Both the position numbers and the translations under genes were made by a program. A DNA stretch of 64,000 nt from an uncultured virus (IMG/VR IMGVR_UViG_3300021420_000025) (Duplodnaviria; Heunggongvirae; Uroviricota; Caudoviricetes). Shown here one piece after another: positions 9,406 through 18,543 of this stretch. Location of the stretch: the IMG/VR virus record IMGVR_UViG_3300021420_000025. The stretch is one strand, 5' to 3'. The notes beneath the pieces are model-generated. The model saw only the letters and a program-made list of their open reading frames with translations, did no database searches and was not told where the DNA came from. Positions within the stretch are counted from its first letter, which is position 1; the number at the start of each line of letters is the position of its first letter.

Positions 9406-10396
9406 TGGGCTCTTGGGGGGAAGGGGCTAAAGCGGGGTGAGTCGGTGGGGCATGTCGCGGGGGAGCGGTTTGTCGCGGCCTGATTCGTCGCGGCGGTTAG
9501 GCATGTCGCGGGTCGGAGTGTCGTGCGGGAGGGGATCGGTCTGTCGCGGCCCGGAGTGTCGAGCGGGATAGAATCGGTGAGGCGGGGCATGTCGCGGGGG
9601 AGCGGGAGGGGCTGGGCATGGCCTGTCGCGCCGGGATAGTCGGGTATGACCTGGTCTGTCGCAACGTGGAGGCTGGGCTGGGCCGAGAACGGATGGTCGC
9701 GCAGAAACGGGAGGACTGGGCATGTCGACCGGATGGGGTACGGCGTGGCTTGTCGCGCCGGGAGGGGGTATGGTGTGAGCTGTCGCAAAGGGATAGGCAG
9801 CGTGCGGTAAGTTCGGGTTTGTCGCAAGGGTTCGGATGGGCACGTTGCGGCTGGGTATGTCGCAAGGGGAAGTTCAGATTGAGTAACGGCTCGGCCTGTC
9901 GTACGGGCGCGAGGGGTGTCGGCGTGGCTTGTCGCGAGGGAGCGGGACGGGCCGGGGCGTACAGGTGTGTCGCGAGGCGATGGCACGTGTCGGCGTGACT
10001 TGTCGCAAGGAGGGGGAGAGGGCTAGATCGTCGAAGGGGCCAGGGCGGACAGATCGCGGCTTGGATTGTCGAATAGGCCCGAAGGGAGACGGTGCGGTAT
10101 GTCGCACGGGATGGGGCGGACGGCTCTCGGCTTGGCTCGTCGAACGGGGTGGGCTCGGTGTGGCTCGTCGAATGGATGGGGAGGGTTGGGCATGTCGCAA
10201 CGGTTCGCAACGGTAAGGCGCAGTTCGTCGAAAAGGCACGAGCTGACTTGGAGCGATCTGTCGGATCGATAAGAGTGAGTTGGCTCGGCATGTCGCGGTG
10301 AAATGGGCGGCACCGGTGCGGCTTGGCTCGTCGAACGGGGTGGGGGTCGGCCAGGTGTGTCAAAACGGAATGAGGCGGAACGGACAGTCACAACGC
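9406..10396. repeat. Degenerate pentamer-periodic array B (same grammar as array A), ~30 units
   Basis: Markers at 9453...9590, 9624, 9657, 9695, 9723, 9751, 9781, 9820, 9858, 9897, 9930, 9968, 10001, 10029, 10067, 10100, 10138, 10166, 10193, 10226, 10259, 10291, 10329, 10358, 10386; spacings mostly 28/33/38 (+/-1). Example at 10193: TGTCGCAA CGGTT CGCAA CGGTA AGGCG CAGTT CGTCG. Confidence 0.85.
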
Positions 10397-10879
10397 TTAG
10401 TTGCAAGTGACGAGAGGGGCGCCGAGATGCTCGTCGCAGCTTTGAAAATTCGTTCCGGTGCAGTACGTACTATTTAGTTTCAAGCAAGCGCAACTGTAGT
10501 CACCGGCGCAGCGGCACGCAAGGGGGGTCTGCTCCAAGAAACAGCCTTGCGCTTTTGTCGTCTGCACGGCGTAGTATTGCGGGAGGTACGTCGAAGGGTC
10601 GGCGTTGATTTGGCAATTGAGAAAGGGGCTGGCCGTTGACCCGTCGGCGGGGGACACCCACGCGAAGGGCGCGCACGTCGACCCGGCGTCGAAGGGCGAG
10701 GCGTCTAAATCTTGGGGTGAGGCGTCTAAGCTTTGGGGCGATGCATCCTCTCCGAGGGCGCTTGCTTCGGGCCCTGCGCCGAAGGGCCCAGCATCGAGCG
10801 GCGGGGGTGTTGCGAATTCGAAGGAGGCCCCTCCGCACGCCGGCAGAAGCGCGAGCATCCAAATCGTTTTAGTTCGCAT
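10397..10879 (-). CDS. Cys-rich lipoprotein with DASPQ repeats
   Basis: MRTKTIWMLALLPA-C-GG lipobox-like; DASPQSLDASPQDLDASPFDAG; multi-Cys C-terminus. Confidence 0.7.
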   Translation of the reverse strand: MRTKTIWMLALLPACGGASFEFATPPPLDAGPFGAGPEASALGEDASPQSLDASPQDLDASPFDAGSTCAPFAWVSPADGSTASPFLNCQINADPSTYLPQYYAVQTTKAQGCFLEQTPLACRCAGDYSCACLKLNSTYCTGTNFQSCDEHLGAPLVTCN

Positions 10880-11177
10880 GGGAGGACCCCTCCGCGACCG
10901 CGAACGCGAGCGCGCATTCTTCAATCAGCGACGCTTTGATCGCATGCAGAGCAACGCTGTCTTCGGCTTGCTCGAGGAAGTAGCAGAGCTCCTTCTCGGG
11001 GTTGTCCTGCTCTGAAATCAACGCGTAGCGCACGTAGCCGTGACGCTCGCCGCGAACGCGCAAGCGAAGCGCGAGCACGCGCCGGCCGTACGCGGAGTCG
11101 CACGTCAATTGAAGGTGATCGCAATAGTGCCGAAGATGGCCGTAGGCCACATAGGCCCGGCGAAGATAGGGGCTCAT
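10869..11177 (-). CDS. Hypothetical protein
   Basis: MSPYLRRAYV...; ATGA-coupled to the upstream ORF. Confidence 0.5.
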   Translation of the reverse strand: MSPYLRRAYVAYGHLRHYCDHLQLTCDSAYGRRVLALRLRVRGERHGYVRYALISEQDNPEKELCYFLEQAEDSVALHAIKASLIEECALAFAVAEGSSHAN

Positions 11178-11389
11178 CGAAACACCAGCTCGGCGTGCGA
11201 CGTGCCGTCTTTGGTGAAAACCCATCGGACCCGAACGATGGTCAAATGCAGGTTGTACTCGTCGAGATGCACACGGTCGCCTTCGCGCGGGACGTTCGAC
11301 ATCAAGAAAGACAATTGGTCGACTTCGGGGAACTGCCCCAACGTATCGAGCTTGACGAGGGTGAGAGGCGCGGTCACGGCTCCCCCCAA
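11174..11389 (-). CDS. Hypothetical protein
   Basis: VPREGDRV...VRVRW small beta-domain pattern; start uncertain. Confidence 0.5.
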   Translation of the reverse strand: MGGAVTAPLTLVKLDTLGQFPEVDQLSFLMSNVPREGDRVHLDEYNLHLTIVRVRWVFTKDGTSHAELVFR

Positions 11390-11477
11390 AATTCGGTGCG
11401 ATCATGCGCGTTCACCCAAGCACCCCCAACGACGGCGGCCCCGAAGAGGGCGCCCAACACGACGAGAATAAAAAACC

Positions 11478-11846
11478 TCATGGGCCCACCAGCGTCTTGA
11501 GCGCCTTCGCGATCTCATCGGCCGCGAGCACCGCCTCTTCGAGGTGCTTTTGAATCTCCGAGAGCGTGTAGTTGCCCAACTCGACGTTGACCGCCATTTC
11601 GGTGAGCGCACTGAGAAATGCGCGGTGGGCGTCGAGGATGTCGTCGGGGAGGGCTTTGCGCAGCTCGAGGCCATTGGGCGGCAACTCCCAAGGCACGGAG
11701 ACGCGCTCGCCGTTGCACTTGAGAGCTTCGAACACTTCTTCGTGCGAGGCCTGCCCGCGTCCTAGAACCTCCACCGTCACTTTGGGCGCTCGCGGAGAGC
11801 CGTTCATCGCCGCCATGCCGAGCTCGTAAGACTTTTTGCTACTCAT
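11478..11846 (-). CDS. Hypothetical protein
   Basis: GAGGAG upstream of ATG 11846. Confidence 0.55.
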   Translation of the reverse strand: MSSKKSYELGMAAMNGSPRAPKVTVEVLGRGQASHEEVFEALKCNGERVSVPWELPPNGLELRKALPDDILDAHRAFLSALTEMAVNVELGNYTLSEIQKHLEEAVLAADEIAKALKTLVGP

Positions 11847-12288
11847 CGTCGTTCTCCTCCTCTTTCGTTTTCTCCACCCCACCCCCAGGCAAAAACCCGA
11901 TGTACAAATCCCCACTGTCCTCGCTCGCCACGATGTCCTCGGGCTTGCCGTCCTCGCTATGCGCCGCGTCGGACAGCTCCCTTGCGGCCTCCTTGCTTAC
12001 TTTCACATGGAAAGTATTTTCGGGGTTGTACGCGCAAAGCGCGTAGACGTTCTTGGCGCGGTTGATCGCGCCTCGCAGTTGTCGAGGGGTCATCTCGCCG
12101 TCTCCTAGTCGCAATTCGGGTCTCGTTTCAATCCAACGGTACAGCGTGCGCAGGCCAACCTGCAGCCAGCCGGCCGCTTCTTCCAATGTGTCGTTGTTTT
12201 CAAGCGCGTCGCGCACGATGGCAGCCGCGCCGTGGGGATCGGTGATCCAAAGCGCGGTCAGGCGCGGGTTGTGCGGGGCCCCGCTCAT
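11839..12288 (-). CDS. HTH (Fis-like) DNA-binding protein
   Basis: ALENNDTLEEAAGWLQVGLRTLYRWI helix-turn-helix pattern. Confidence 0.65.
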   Translation of the reverse strand: MSGAPHNPRLTALWITDPHGAAAIVRDALENNDTLEEAAGWLQVGLRTLYRWIETRPELRLGDGEMTPRQLRGAINRAKNVYALCAYNPENTFHVKVSKEAARELSDAAHSEDGKPEDIVASEDSGDLYIGFLPGGGVEKTKEEENDDE

Positions 12289-12917
12289 TCAGGCGCCTGC
12301 CGGCAAGGCGATTCTCCGAGCAGCTTCGCGGCTGCCACTTCGAACGGCAGTTCTTTGTAGTAAATCCCCCGCGTGACCCGCCACAAGGCGTTCATCACGT
12401 CCGGGTCGTGCGTGGCAAAGCCCGCCCGTTGCAGGCACTCCAACGCCTTTTCGGTCGAGCCGTCGTACGCCCCACAATCTTTCGAGACGAGCAGCAGTTG
12501 CCGAATCTGCTCTTCAAGCGGCATGATCTCGACGGACGGCGGGCCGGCCGGAATCGGCAGCGGGGGCGGCCGGCTCGACACCGGACGCGGCAAGGGCCGG
12601 ACGCTCCCCGCGGCGAGCCGAAGGGCGTCATCTTGCCAGCAATGCCGATCGTAGAGGCTCCAGGAGCCGTAGACGCTTCGCCATTCGTAGTACGGCGTCC
12701 GCAGGTCGTTCGGCTCCAGGGTGACGCAACAGCGGCCGTTCGGGTGCGTGTAGAGCGTGTGGGGGGAGCGCGTCGGCTCGACGAAGTTGGAGGTCGCCGG
12801 GCACGCCGCGAACACAAAATCGACCAATTGCTTGAGCGCATGGGTCGTCGTGGCGTCGAGCTCTTCGGACTCGACCAGATGGCGGGCGCGCGCGGCGTGT
12901 TCGAGCAGGGCTCTCAT
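12285..12917 (-). CDS. Hypothetical protein
   Basis: ATGA-coupled chain. Confidence 0.55.
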   Translation of the reverse strand: MRALLEHAARARHLVESEELDATTTHALKQLVDFVFAACPATSNFVEPTRSPHTLYTHPNGRCCVTLEPNDLRTPYYEWRSVYGSWSLYDRHCWQDDALRLAAGSVRPLPRPVSSRPPPLPIPAGPPSVEIMPLEEQIRQLLLVSKDCGAYDGSTEKALECLQRAGFATHDPDVMNALWRVTRGIYYKELPFEVAAAKLLGESPCRQAPE

Positions 12918-13294
12918 GTCTTTTTCTCGACGGTTCGGGGACGGAGCCATCCGTTCTTGCGCAGCGCTTGGGTAATCGCGGCGATGGCTTTCGCGCCCCC
13001 ACGCTGAAGGTATCCATCCAAGCGGCTTTCGAATTCCCAACAGGCATTGCATGTCGTTCCCCCTTCAAGAGATGGCTGGCCGCATGTGGCGCACGCTCGC
13101 GCGGGCTCGCGCGGCGTCGGCTTGCGGTACGACGGGCTCTCGTCGTCAAAGTCGCGGACGTCAACCCACGTGAGAAACCCGTCGACCGATTCGACGTTCG
13201 CTTGCAAGGCGTCGACTCCGCCGGGCTGGTCGAGCGCCCGCACGATGTAGAGGCGGCCGCCAATTTTGATCCGCTGGCCGATATGAGGGATCAT
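12914..13294 (-). CDS. Hypothetical protein with CxxC...CxxC
   Basis: CATC...CNAC; ATGA-coupled. Confidence 0.6.
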   Translation of the reverse strand: MIPHIGQRIKIGGRLYIVRALDQPGGVDALQANVESVDGFLTWVDVRDFDDESPSYRKPTPREPARACATCGQPSLEGGTTCNACWEFESRLDGYLQRGGAKAIAAITQALRKNGWLRPRTVEKKT

Positions 13295-13764
13295 CGGGAT
13301 TTCTCCTTCGCCTTTGGGGGCTTGCCGTTGGAAGGCAGAGGAGGGCCGGCCGCTAGCAGCAGTTGGGGCATTCCTCCGCCGGCGAGCACTTCCTCCAGCG
13401 TGCGCCCATCGTCGGTCACGAGGTCGGCCATGAATTCGCGCGGCGCGGTACTCAACCCAAGACGGATCGCTTCGAGCTTGGCTTTCACAAGAAGCAGCAC
13501 GAGGCGCCAGCGGGTGCGGCTCGCTTGCTCATTCTTCCAGGAGTTCGGCTTGCCGCTGGCCGTGCGTTGCTTGTGAGGGTCCTCCGGAAGAGGAATGTTC
13601 AATCGGAATTTGGCCCCGCCGAGCGCGAAAGCGACCACCGCGCGGTTTTGTTCGTCGTCCACGCCAATCATGCGGGAGCTCGCGCCGTGCTTTTGCAAGA
13701 GGGCGTCGAGCTCCGCGCGGGATTCCTCGACGGTCACGTAGGTGCGCTCGGCAAAGCGGCTCAT
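13291..13764 (-). CDS. Conserved phage-type hypothetical protein
   Basis: T.V.VEESRAEL..LL.KHGA...WR...L.VKAKLEAI..G....REFMA pattern typical of phage hypotheticals. Confidence 0.65.
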   Translation of the reverse strand: MSRFAERTYVTVEESRAELDALLQKHGASSRMIGVDDEQNRAVVAFALGGAKFRLNIPLPEDPHKQRTASGKPNSWKNEQASRTRWRLVLLLVKAKLEAIRLGLSTAPREFMADLVTDDGRTLEEVLAGGGMPQLLLAAGPPLPSNGKPPKAKEKSR

Positions 13765-15656
13765 GCAACTTGACCTAATGCGTCATCGGCTTCCTCGATG
13801 GCTTCTTTGACCGCGGCGAGCAACGCATCGGCCGCGTTCAAGGCCGCCTTTTCTTCGTCGCCCCAGCTAGGCGCTGCCATCGCGGCGAGCCCGAGATCGT
13901 ACAAACCGCTTTCGTCGGCGCTTGCTGCCGCGAGGGCCGCACGTGCTTTTTGGAGCGCAGCTGTAAGCACTTGAATATCAGTCATTCTCTCTCCGAGGTA
14001 GGGTGTATTCGGGATGTGCGGCAACGATGCTTGCGCGGCGTCGCGCCAGGTAGCCCGGATGGGAGCGCCGCTCGCCGTTCCAACGCGAGGGCAGGACTTC
14101 GTAGACGTCGCGGCCCATCGTGCGTTTCTCCATTTCTCGCGCGAAGGCCGTGGCCTCGTCGAGCGTGCCGGAAATGCCCGCCCAAAAATGGCCGTACTGC
14201 GCGATTTGCTCGGGCGGGTCGACACGCACGGCTTGGTAGGCTTGCGTCGCCTCCCGGGCGCGATGCCAACAGTCGTAACAGTGGGGTTTGTGATCCCATG
14301 ACGCGCACGGTTCGTCCAGACCGCAGACGGCGCAAGGGCCGGGGATTTCTTTGGAACTGCATTCCATCATGCGATCCCCTTGTCATGCCGCGCGATGAAT
14401 TCTTTCATGACTTTGGTGACGTCGGCCCGGTCGGCGCTCGAGAGGTACGCCAAAGCGCCGTTGTTTCCGTACGTGAAAAGGAGCAGCGTGAAGCCGACAC
14501 CGGGCGGCAATTGGGACGCGATGGTGCGGCCGATCTCGTGGACGCGCCGCTCGAGGGCCGCGCGGGCTTCCCGCTCTTCGCGGGTTTCTTTGATTTTGCT
14601 CATGGGCGTTCTTTCAATGCGGCGATGTGGCGATCGTACGCCTCCGCGATTTCGCGACGAACAGCCGCGCGCATTTCGAACGGCGGGAGGTTGCCCCCGT
14701 CAATCACGAGCCGGGCGAGCGTCTCAAAGTGCGCGCGGCGCTCGGGGCGGTTGGCCCATGCGCAAAGCATCGGCGAGCGCAGTTGCGATATCGCGGCGGT
14801 CACTAGGAACCCCGGCGTCATCGCGGCACCGGCCGGGCATGCCGCGGGCGGGCCTTCAAGCCCGCTTTTTCCGCGCGGGCGACGAACGTGCGAGCCGCGG
14901 CAAGGGCATCGGCGTGTGCTTCGCTCTCGGCGCGAAGGGCCTCCACTTGCCTTAGGAGCTCATCGTTCACGGCTTTGATCACGTCGAGCTCTCCCAAGGC
15001 TTGATCGCGCTCCTTCAAGAGAGCGCCAGCGCGCGCTTCGAGTCGCCCGATCGTCGGGAGCTCAGAGGGAAGCGTGCTTCGCGTCATCCACTCGTCAATC
15101 TGCTTGACCAAGCCGACCTCTCGCGCAAGCGCATGGTCGAGAGAGCTTTCGGCCGAACGGCGTTCTTCGTCGGCTTTGTCTTCCCCCGCGCGGGCGTCCT
15201 TCAAGTCTTCTTTCATTTGACGCACGGCTTCGAGCAAAGCCTCCTCGTCCGTCGGCTTCGTTCGGTTGTCCGCCGTGACGTCCAGCGCCGCGGCCACGTG
15301 ATGCAACGCCTCCAAGGCCGCAACGTGCCGCTCGAACAAATCCCCCCGCTCATCGCGGGCTTGCGCGAACGCTTTCCAATAACTCACGGTCTTTCCCCTT
15401 TCGCGCGGATTCGTTCTCGGTAAAAAGACTGCATGCCTTGCCGTCGCATGCTTTCGACGACTTCGCGCGCGTGCTCCACACTGCCGTCGCCGAGCTCGCG
15501 CGCAAGCGTTTCGGCGTCCCGCTGGCTCAATTCTGGCCGTTCGTCCGTCGTGCCGCCCAACGCGGCATCACAGATGCGGACGGCCACGAGATCGCCCGCG
15601 GCGCCCGCCGTGTCGCGAAACAGTCGGATGAGTCTATCGGTGATCATGGCGCTCAC
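13761..15656 (-). other. Chain of six coupled small hypothetical ORFs (13761-13985, 13978-14370, 14367-14603, 14600-14821, 14818-15387, 15384-15656)
   Basis: Consecutive overlapping start/stop codons; 14818-15387 is coiled-coil-like and 13978-14370 has CxxC pairs. Confidence 0.6.
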
Positions 15657-15741
15657 GGCTAATCCTTGTTCTCAGCCCATAGGGCTGGCGTTGCCCCCGT
15701 CCACTCCTCCGAGCAGACAGAGGCAACACCCGCCCCGCGGA

Positions 15742-16920
15742 CTAGAACGCCATGGCCATGAGCTTGCCGGCCGATTTGTCAACCACCGTGCGATCATCCG
15801 CAAAGCCCGTTTTCTGGGAAGCGTGCGTCAGCCCCGCGATGTTGGCCCACAAGCTTCGCGGGTCGCCATACCAATCGCGGTGCTCTTCCGCCGTTTCGTA
15901 CGCCTCGAGAAAGCGCGGGCGAGAGAGCGGGATAGAATGCCCCTTCGCGTACTTGCAAAGGGCGTCGAGGACCTCCTCTTTCGTGTCGCCCAACACGAGC
16001 CGTCGGGCCGCCAGGATGCCCTTCTCTTCTTCCGCGGCGGAATCGTGGTAGCGGCGCAATTCAGCCTCGAAGCCTCGGAAGGCTCGTTTCAGCGTGCCTT
16101 CCCCCAAGTGCCGGACGCGAATTTCGTGGACGCCCGTCGCGTTCCAGACAATGTGATTGCCGCACACCGCCTGCATGAGGAAAAACGTCACGGACAGCGA
16201 CGCGTCGCCCACTTCGGAATTGCGGACGAAGATGCCGCGCATCAAGCTCCCCGTACCGCCATCCGAGATGACACGATCGGGCGCGACCAAGAACGCAAAC
16301 ATGTCATGGTCGGAGGCGTAAAGCCCGGCCGGGCCGATGACGTCGCCCTCTTTGATGTTGATCTGACCGGGAAGAATATCGTCCGCCGTGGCGGGCCGAT
16401 TGCGCGCGTCTGCCTCGGCCCCTGGCGAGTAGGAGACCCGGCCGGCCGGCGGACGCCACCCGTCGAGACGTTCGAGCATCGCGCATAGCTCGTTGTCCCA
16501 CACGCGATCGTAGCGATCGGAGAGGCACGCCCTCAGCGTGAGGCCGCCATTCTTGTGAAAGAGCAGATCGCGAGGCGTCCGATCGGTGTTGCTCGCGCGA
16601 ATAAGCCCCGCATTCAAGCAATCGGCCGCAACGTGCGCGGGGAGCTCGCGAAGGTAGCTCGCAGGCGCCTGGACCGCCCCGCAAAGCTGGCCGAACGCAT
16701 AGTGCGTAAAGCGCGCGGGCTCGCTCGCGTCGTGCCAAAGCGCTACGGCTTTGCCGTTCTCTGTAGGGGCCGCGCGCAAGGCGTTGAAGGAGACGCGCTT
16801 GCCAATGCTGTTGGCGCGCGCGGTCTCGCAAGCGATGCGCATATCGCGGAGTGTCCAGAATCGTTCGTCGGCGGGCCGATTGGCCCATTCGGAATTGGCA
16901 GCATGAAGGAATGTCGACAT
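15742..16920 (-). CDS. DUF932-like protein (phage/plasmid/ICE family)
   Basis: SEWANRPADERFWTL N-terminus; LYASDHDMFAFL; RGIFVRNSEVG; QAVCGNHIVW; EIRVRH. Confidence 0.75.
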   Translation of the reverse strand: MSTFLHAANSEWANRPADERFWTLRDMRIACETARANSIGKRVSFNALRAAPTENGKAVALWHDASEPARFTHYAFGQLCGAVQAPASYLRELPAHVAADCLNAGLIRASNTDRTPRDLLFHKNGGLTLRACLSDRYDRVWDNELCAMLERLDGWRPPAGRVSYSPGAEADARNRPATADDILPGQINIKEGDVIGPAGLYASDHDMFAFLVAPDRVISDGGTGSLMRGIFVRNSEVGDASLSVTFFLMQAVCGNHIVWNATGVHEIRVRHLGEGTLKRAFRGFEAELRRYHDSAAEEEKGILAARRLVLGDTKEEVLDALCKYAKGHSIPLSRPRFLEAYETAEEHRDWYGDPRSLWANIAGLTHASQKTGFADDRTVVDKSAGKLMAMAF

Positions 16921-17029
16921 GGGAATGCTCCGGGGCTGGTGTTTCCCGCCAGCTAATCGGGGTTTTTGCGGCTCGTGTGCCGCGGCATGCCTTCTAGGAG
17001 GCCTAAGAGGCATGCGCGCGAAACGCGAA

Positions 17030-17404
17030 TTAGGTGCACGCAACGGATGCGTTGCCGTTGATGGTGCGGTCCTTTGTACTGCGCGCGTCGAGCGCTTCGA
17101 GAATGAGCTCGGCCGAAACGACGCGAAGGTAAGGGTCATCGGCCTGATCGACCCCAATCATGCCGAGCGATCCAAGCACGTTGCGTTCTCCGTCGCGTAA
17201 GACGACGCAATAACAGAAACGGGGCGCAGTGTTCTCTTCTCCGTCCCACGGCTCGGACTCGTCTTCCACGTGAACGTGCCAGCCTTCGGGGATGCCTTGC
17301 TCGGCGCTCGCGAGCGCCGTAGCCGTGCTTGAATCAAAGCCTTGCGAGCGGAAGAAGCGCCAAGCGTCGGAATATTTCACGAGTCGGCCTGCATGCGCGT
17401 GCAT
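17030..17404 (-). CDS. Hypothetical protein
   Basis: Plausible composition; SLGMIG...DDPYLRVVSAEL. Confidence 0.55.
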   Translation of the reverse strand: MHAHAGRLVKYSDAWRFFRSQGFDSSTATALASAEQGIPEGWHVHVEDESEPWDGEENTAPRFCYCVVLRDGERNVLGSLGMIGVDQADDPYLRVVSAELILEALDARSTKDRTINGNASVACT

Positions 17405-17574
17405 GCACCCCCAAGCACTTCGCCCGTTTTTGCGTAGCAGATCTTGACCCGTAGCGGCTCGCCTTTGCGCGTTGCCGCGGTGACGAGCCAGCGGGCTTCT
17501 TCTTTGGCTTCGTCGAGCGTCGTATGCCCGCTAAGCGTAGAATCGCCTACTTTGAGGAGGTATATATGAGCCAT
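17377..17574 (-). CDS. Hypothetical protein
   Basis: AAGGA upstream; HTTLDEAKEEA. Confidence 0.5.
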   Translation of the reverse strand: MAHIYLLKVGDSTLSGHTTLDEAKEEARWLVTAATRKGEPLRVKICYAKTGEVLGGACTRMQADS

Positions 17575-17647
17575 CGGGGGATTCCTTTTGCGGATGTTTT
17601 CTCGTCCGCTTTCGGTTACTGGGGATTAGACGAATCGAGTTTAGAAG

Positions 17648-17977
17648 CTATTCAAACATCTTGTACGGGGTGAGTATAATAGAATGCCAATAAGTCGTGA
17701 GTCCGGGGCAGGTCGGGAAGACCACAACGCGCCCGGAAGCCGCGTCGACGCGCAATCCCGCCGCGCGGGCACCTGCTATGAGAATGCCTGTCGCCCGGAG
17801 CGCCGCACCGATCTTTTTACGATCCTCAAGATCCGCGAGGGCCAAAGTCACGTTGGGCCCTACGTCTTTTTCCGACGGGGAGATTTTGTGGACGTACCGC
17901 ACCGTGAACGTTCTCGTGAAGGCGGAACGCTTGGCGCCAGGGCTACTTACTGTCTGTTGACCCTCTTTCGTGACCAT
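17648..17977 (-). CDS. Hypothetical protein
   Basis: First ORF left of the intergenic region; start uncertain. Confidence 0.5.
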   Translation of the reverse strand: MVTKEGQQTVSSPGAKRSAFTRTFTVRYVHKISPSEKDVGPNVTLALADLEDRKKIGAALRATGILIAGARAAGLRVDAASGRVVVFPTCPGLTTYWHSIILTPYKMFE

Positions 17978-17979
17978 AC

Positions 17980-18540
17980 CCAACAGTATGCAACCCCTTT
18001 GCCAGCGCTGGCAATACCTAAAAGCCCAATGATTCCGAGGCCGGGTCATTCCAGCCCCACGGTAATGCTGACGTGGGTCAGAATAAACCCTAATGTTTTC
18101 AACCGCTTAGGGTGTCATAGGGGTAGAAAAGAGGTCATACCTAGTTGGCATGGTTTTTTCCCTGTTTTAGCGCCTTTTGAGGGCCCCAAAACGTCGAGGG
18201 GGTATCACATGACCTGGGGGTATCCCCATCTCATGGGATGGGGGGCCATCACTTCGTGTGATAGATCCCTCCCCTCGGATACTCTCCCGACCAGCCCCCG
18301 AAACGTCAGAGCGGCCCCAAAGCCCTACCCTCCCGCGGTATGACCCCCGAGTGAGCTCCGAACGTGGCGCGGCCCTTGGCGGTCGGGCCTGCCGATCCAA
18401 CGGGCTTCGATCGAAGCGAAAATCGCGCGATTTCCTCCGAGCGAAAGGCGTTTTTATTTCACGGAAAGGGCCGCGGAAAAGACGCCTCTAAACCGCAAAG
18501 AACGGCGGGCTATCGCTGCAAAAAGCGAGCGACGAAAGGC
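17980..18540. promoter_or_regulatory. Lower-GC, palindrome-rich intergenic region (candidate res site, origin or early promoter)
   Basis: Perfect 16-bp palindrome TTGCCAGCGCTGGCAA (17999-18014); inverted GGTCATACC (18133-18141) / GGTATGACC (18337-18345); further GTCAT/ATGAC copies; directly downstream of the resolvase. Confidence 0.45.
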
Positions 18541-18543
18541 GCG

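Noticed and set aside
8136..10396. Canonical CRISPR array
   Set aside because: No identical 23-47-bp repeat with unique spacers; conservation is limited to a short marker and periodic GG.
8113..10477. Many overlapping ORFs across the two arrays (e.g. 9402-9986, 9497-10363, 8331-8669)
   Set aside because: Low-complexity P/R/S translations in several frames; the 5-nt periodicity is incompatible with codon structure. The ATGA overlap of 9402-9986 with the Cas7-like start was noted but is not sufficient evidence.
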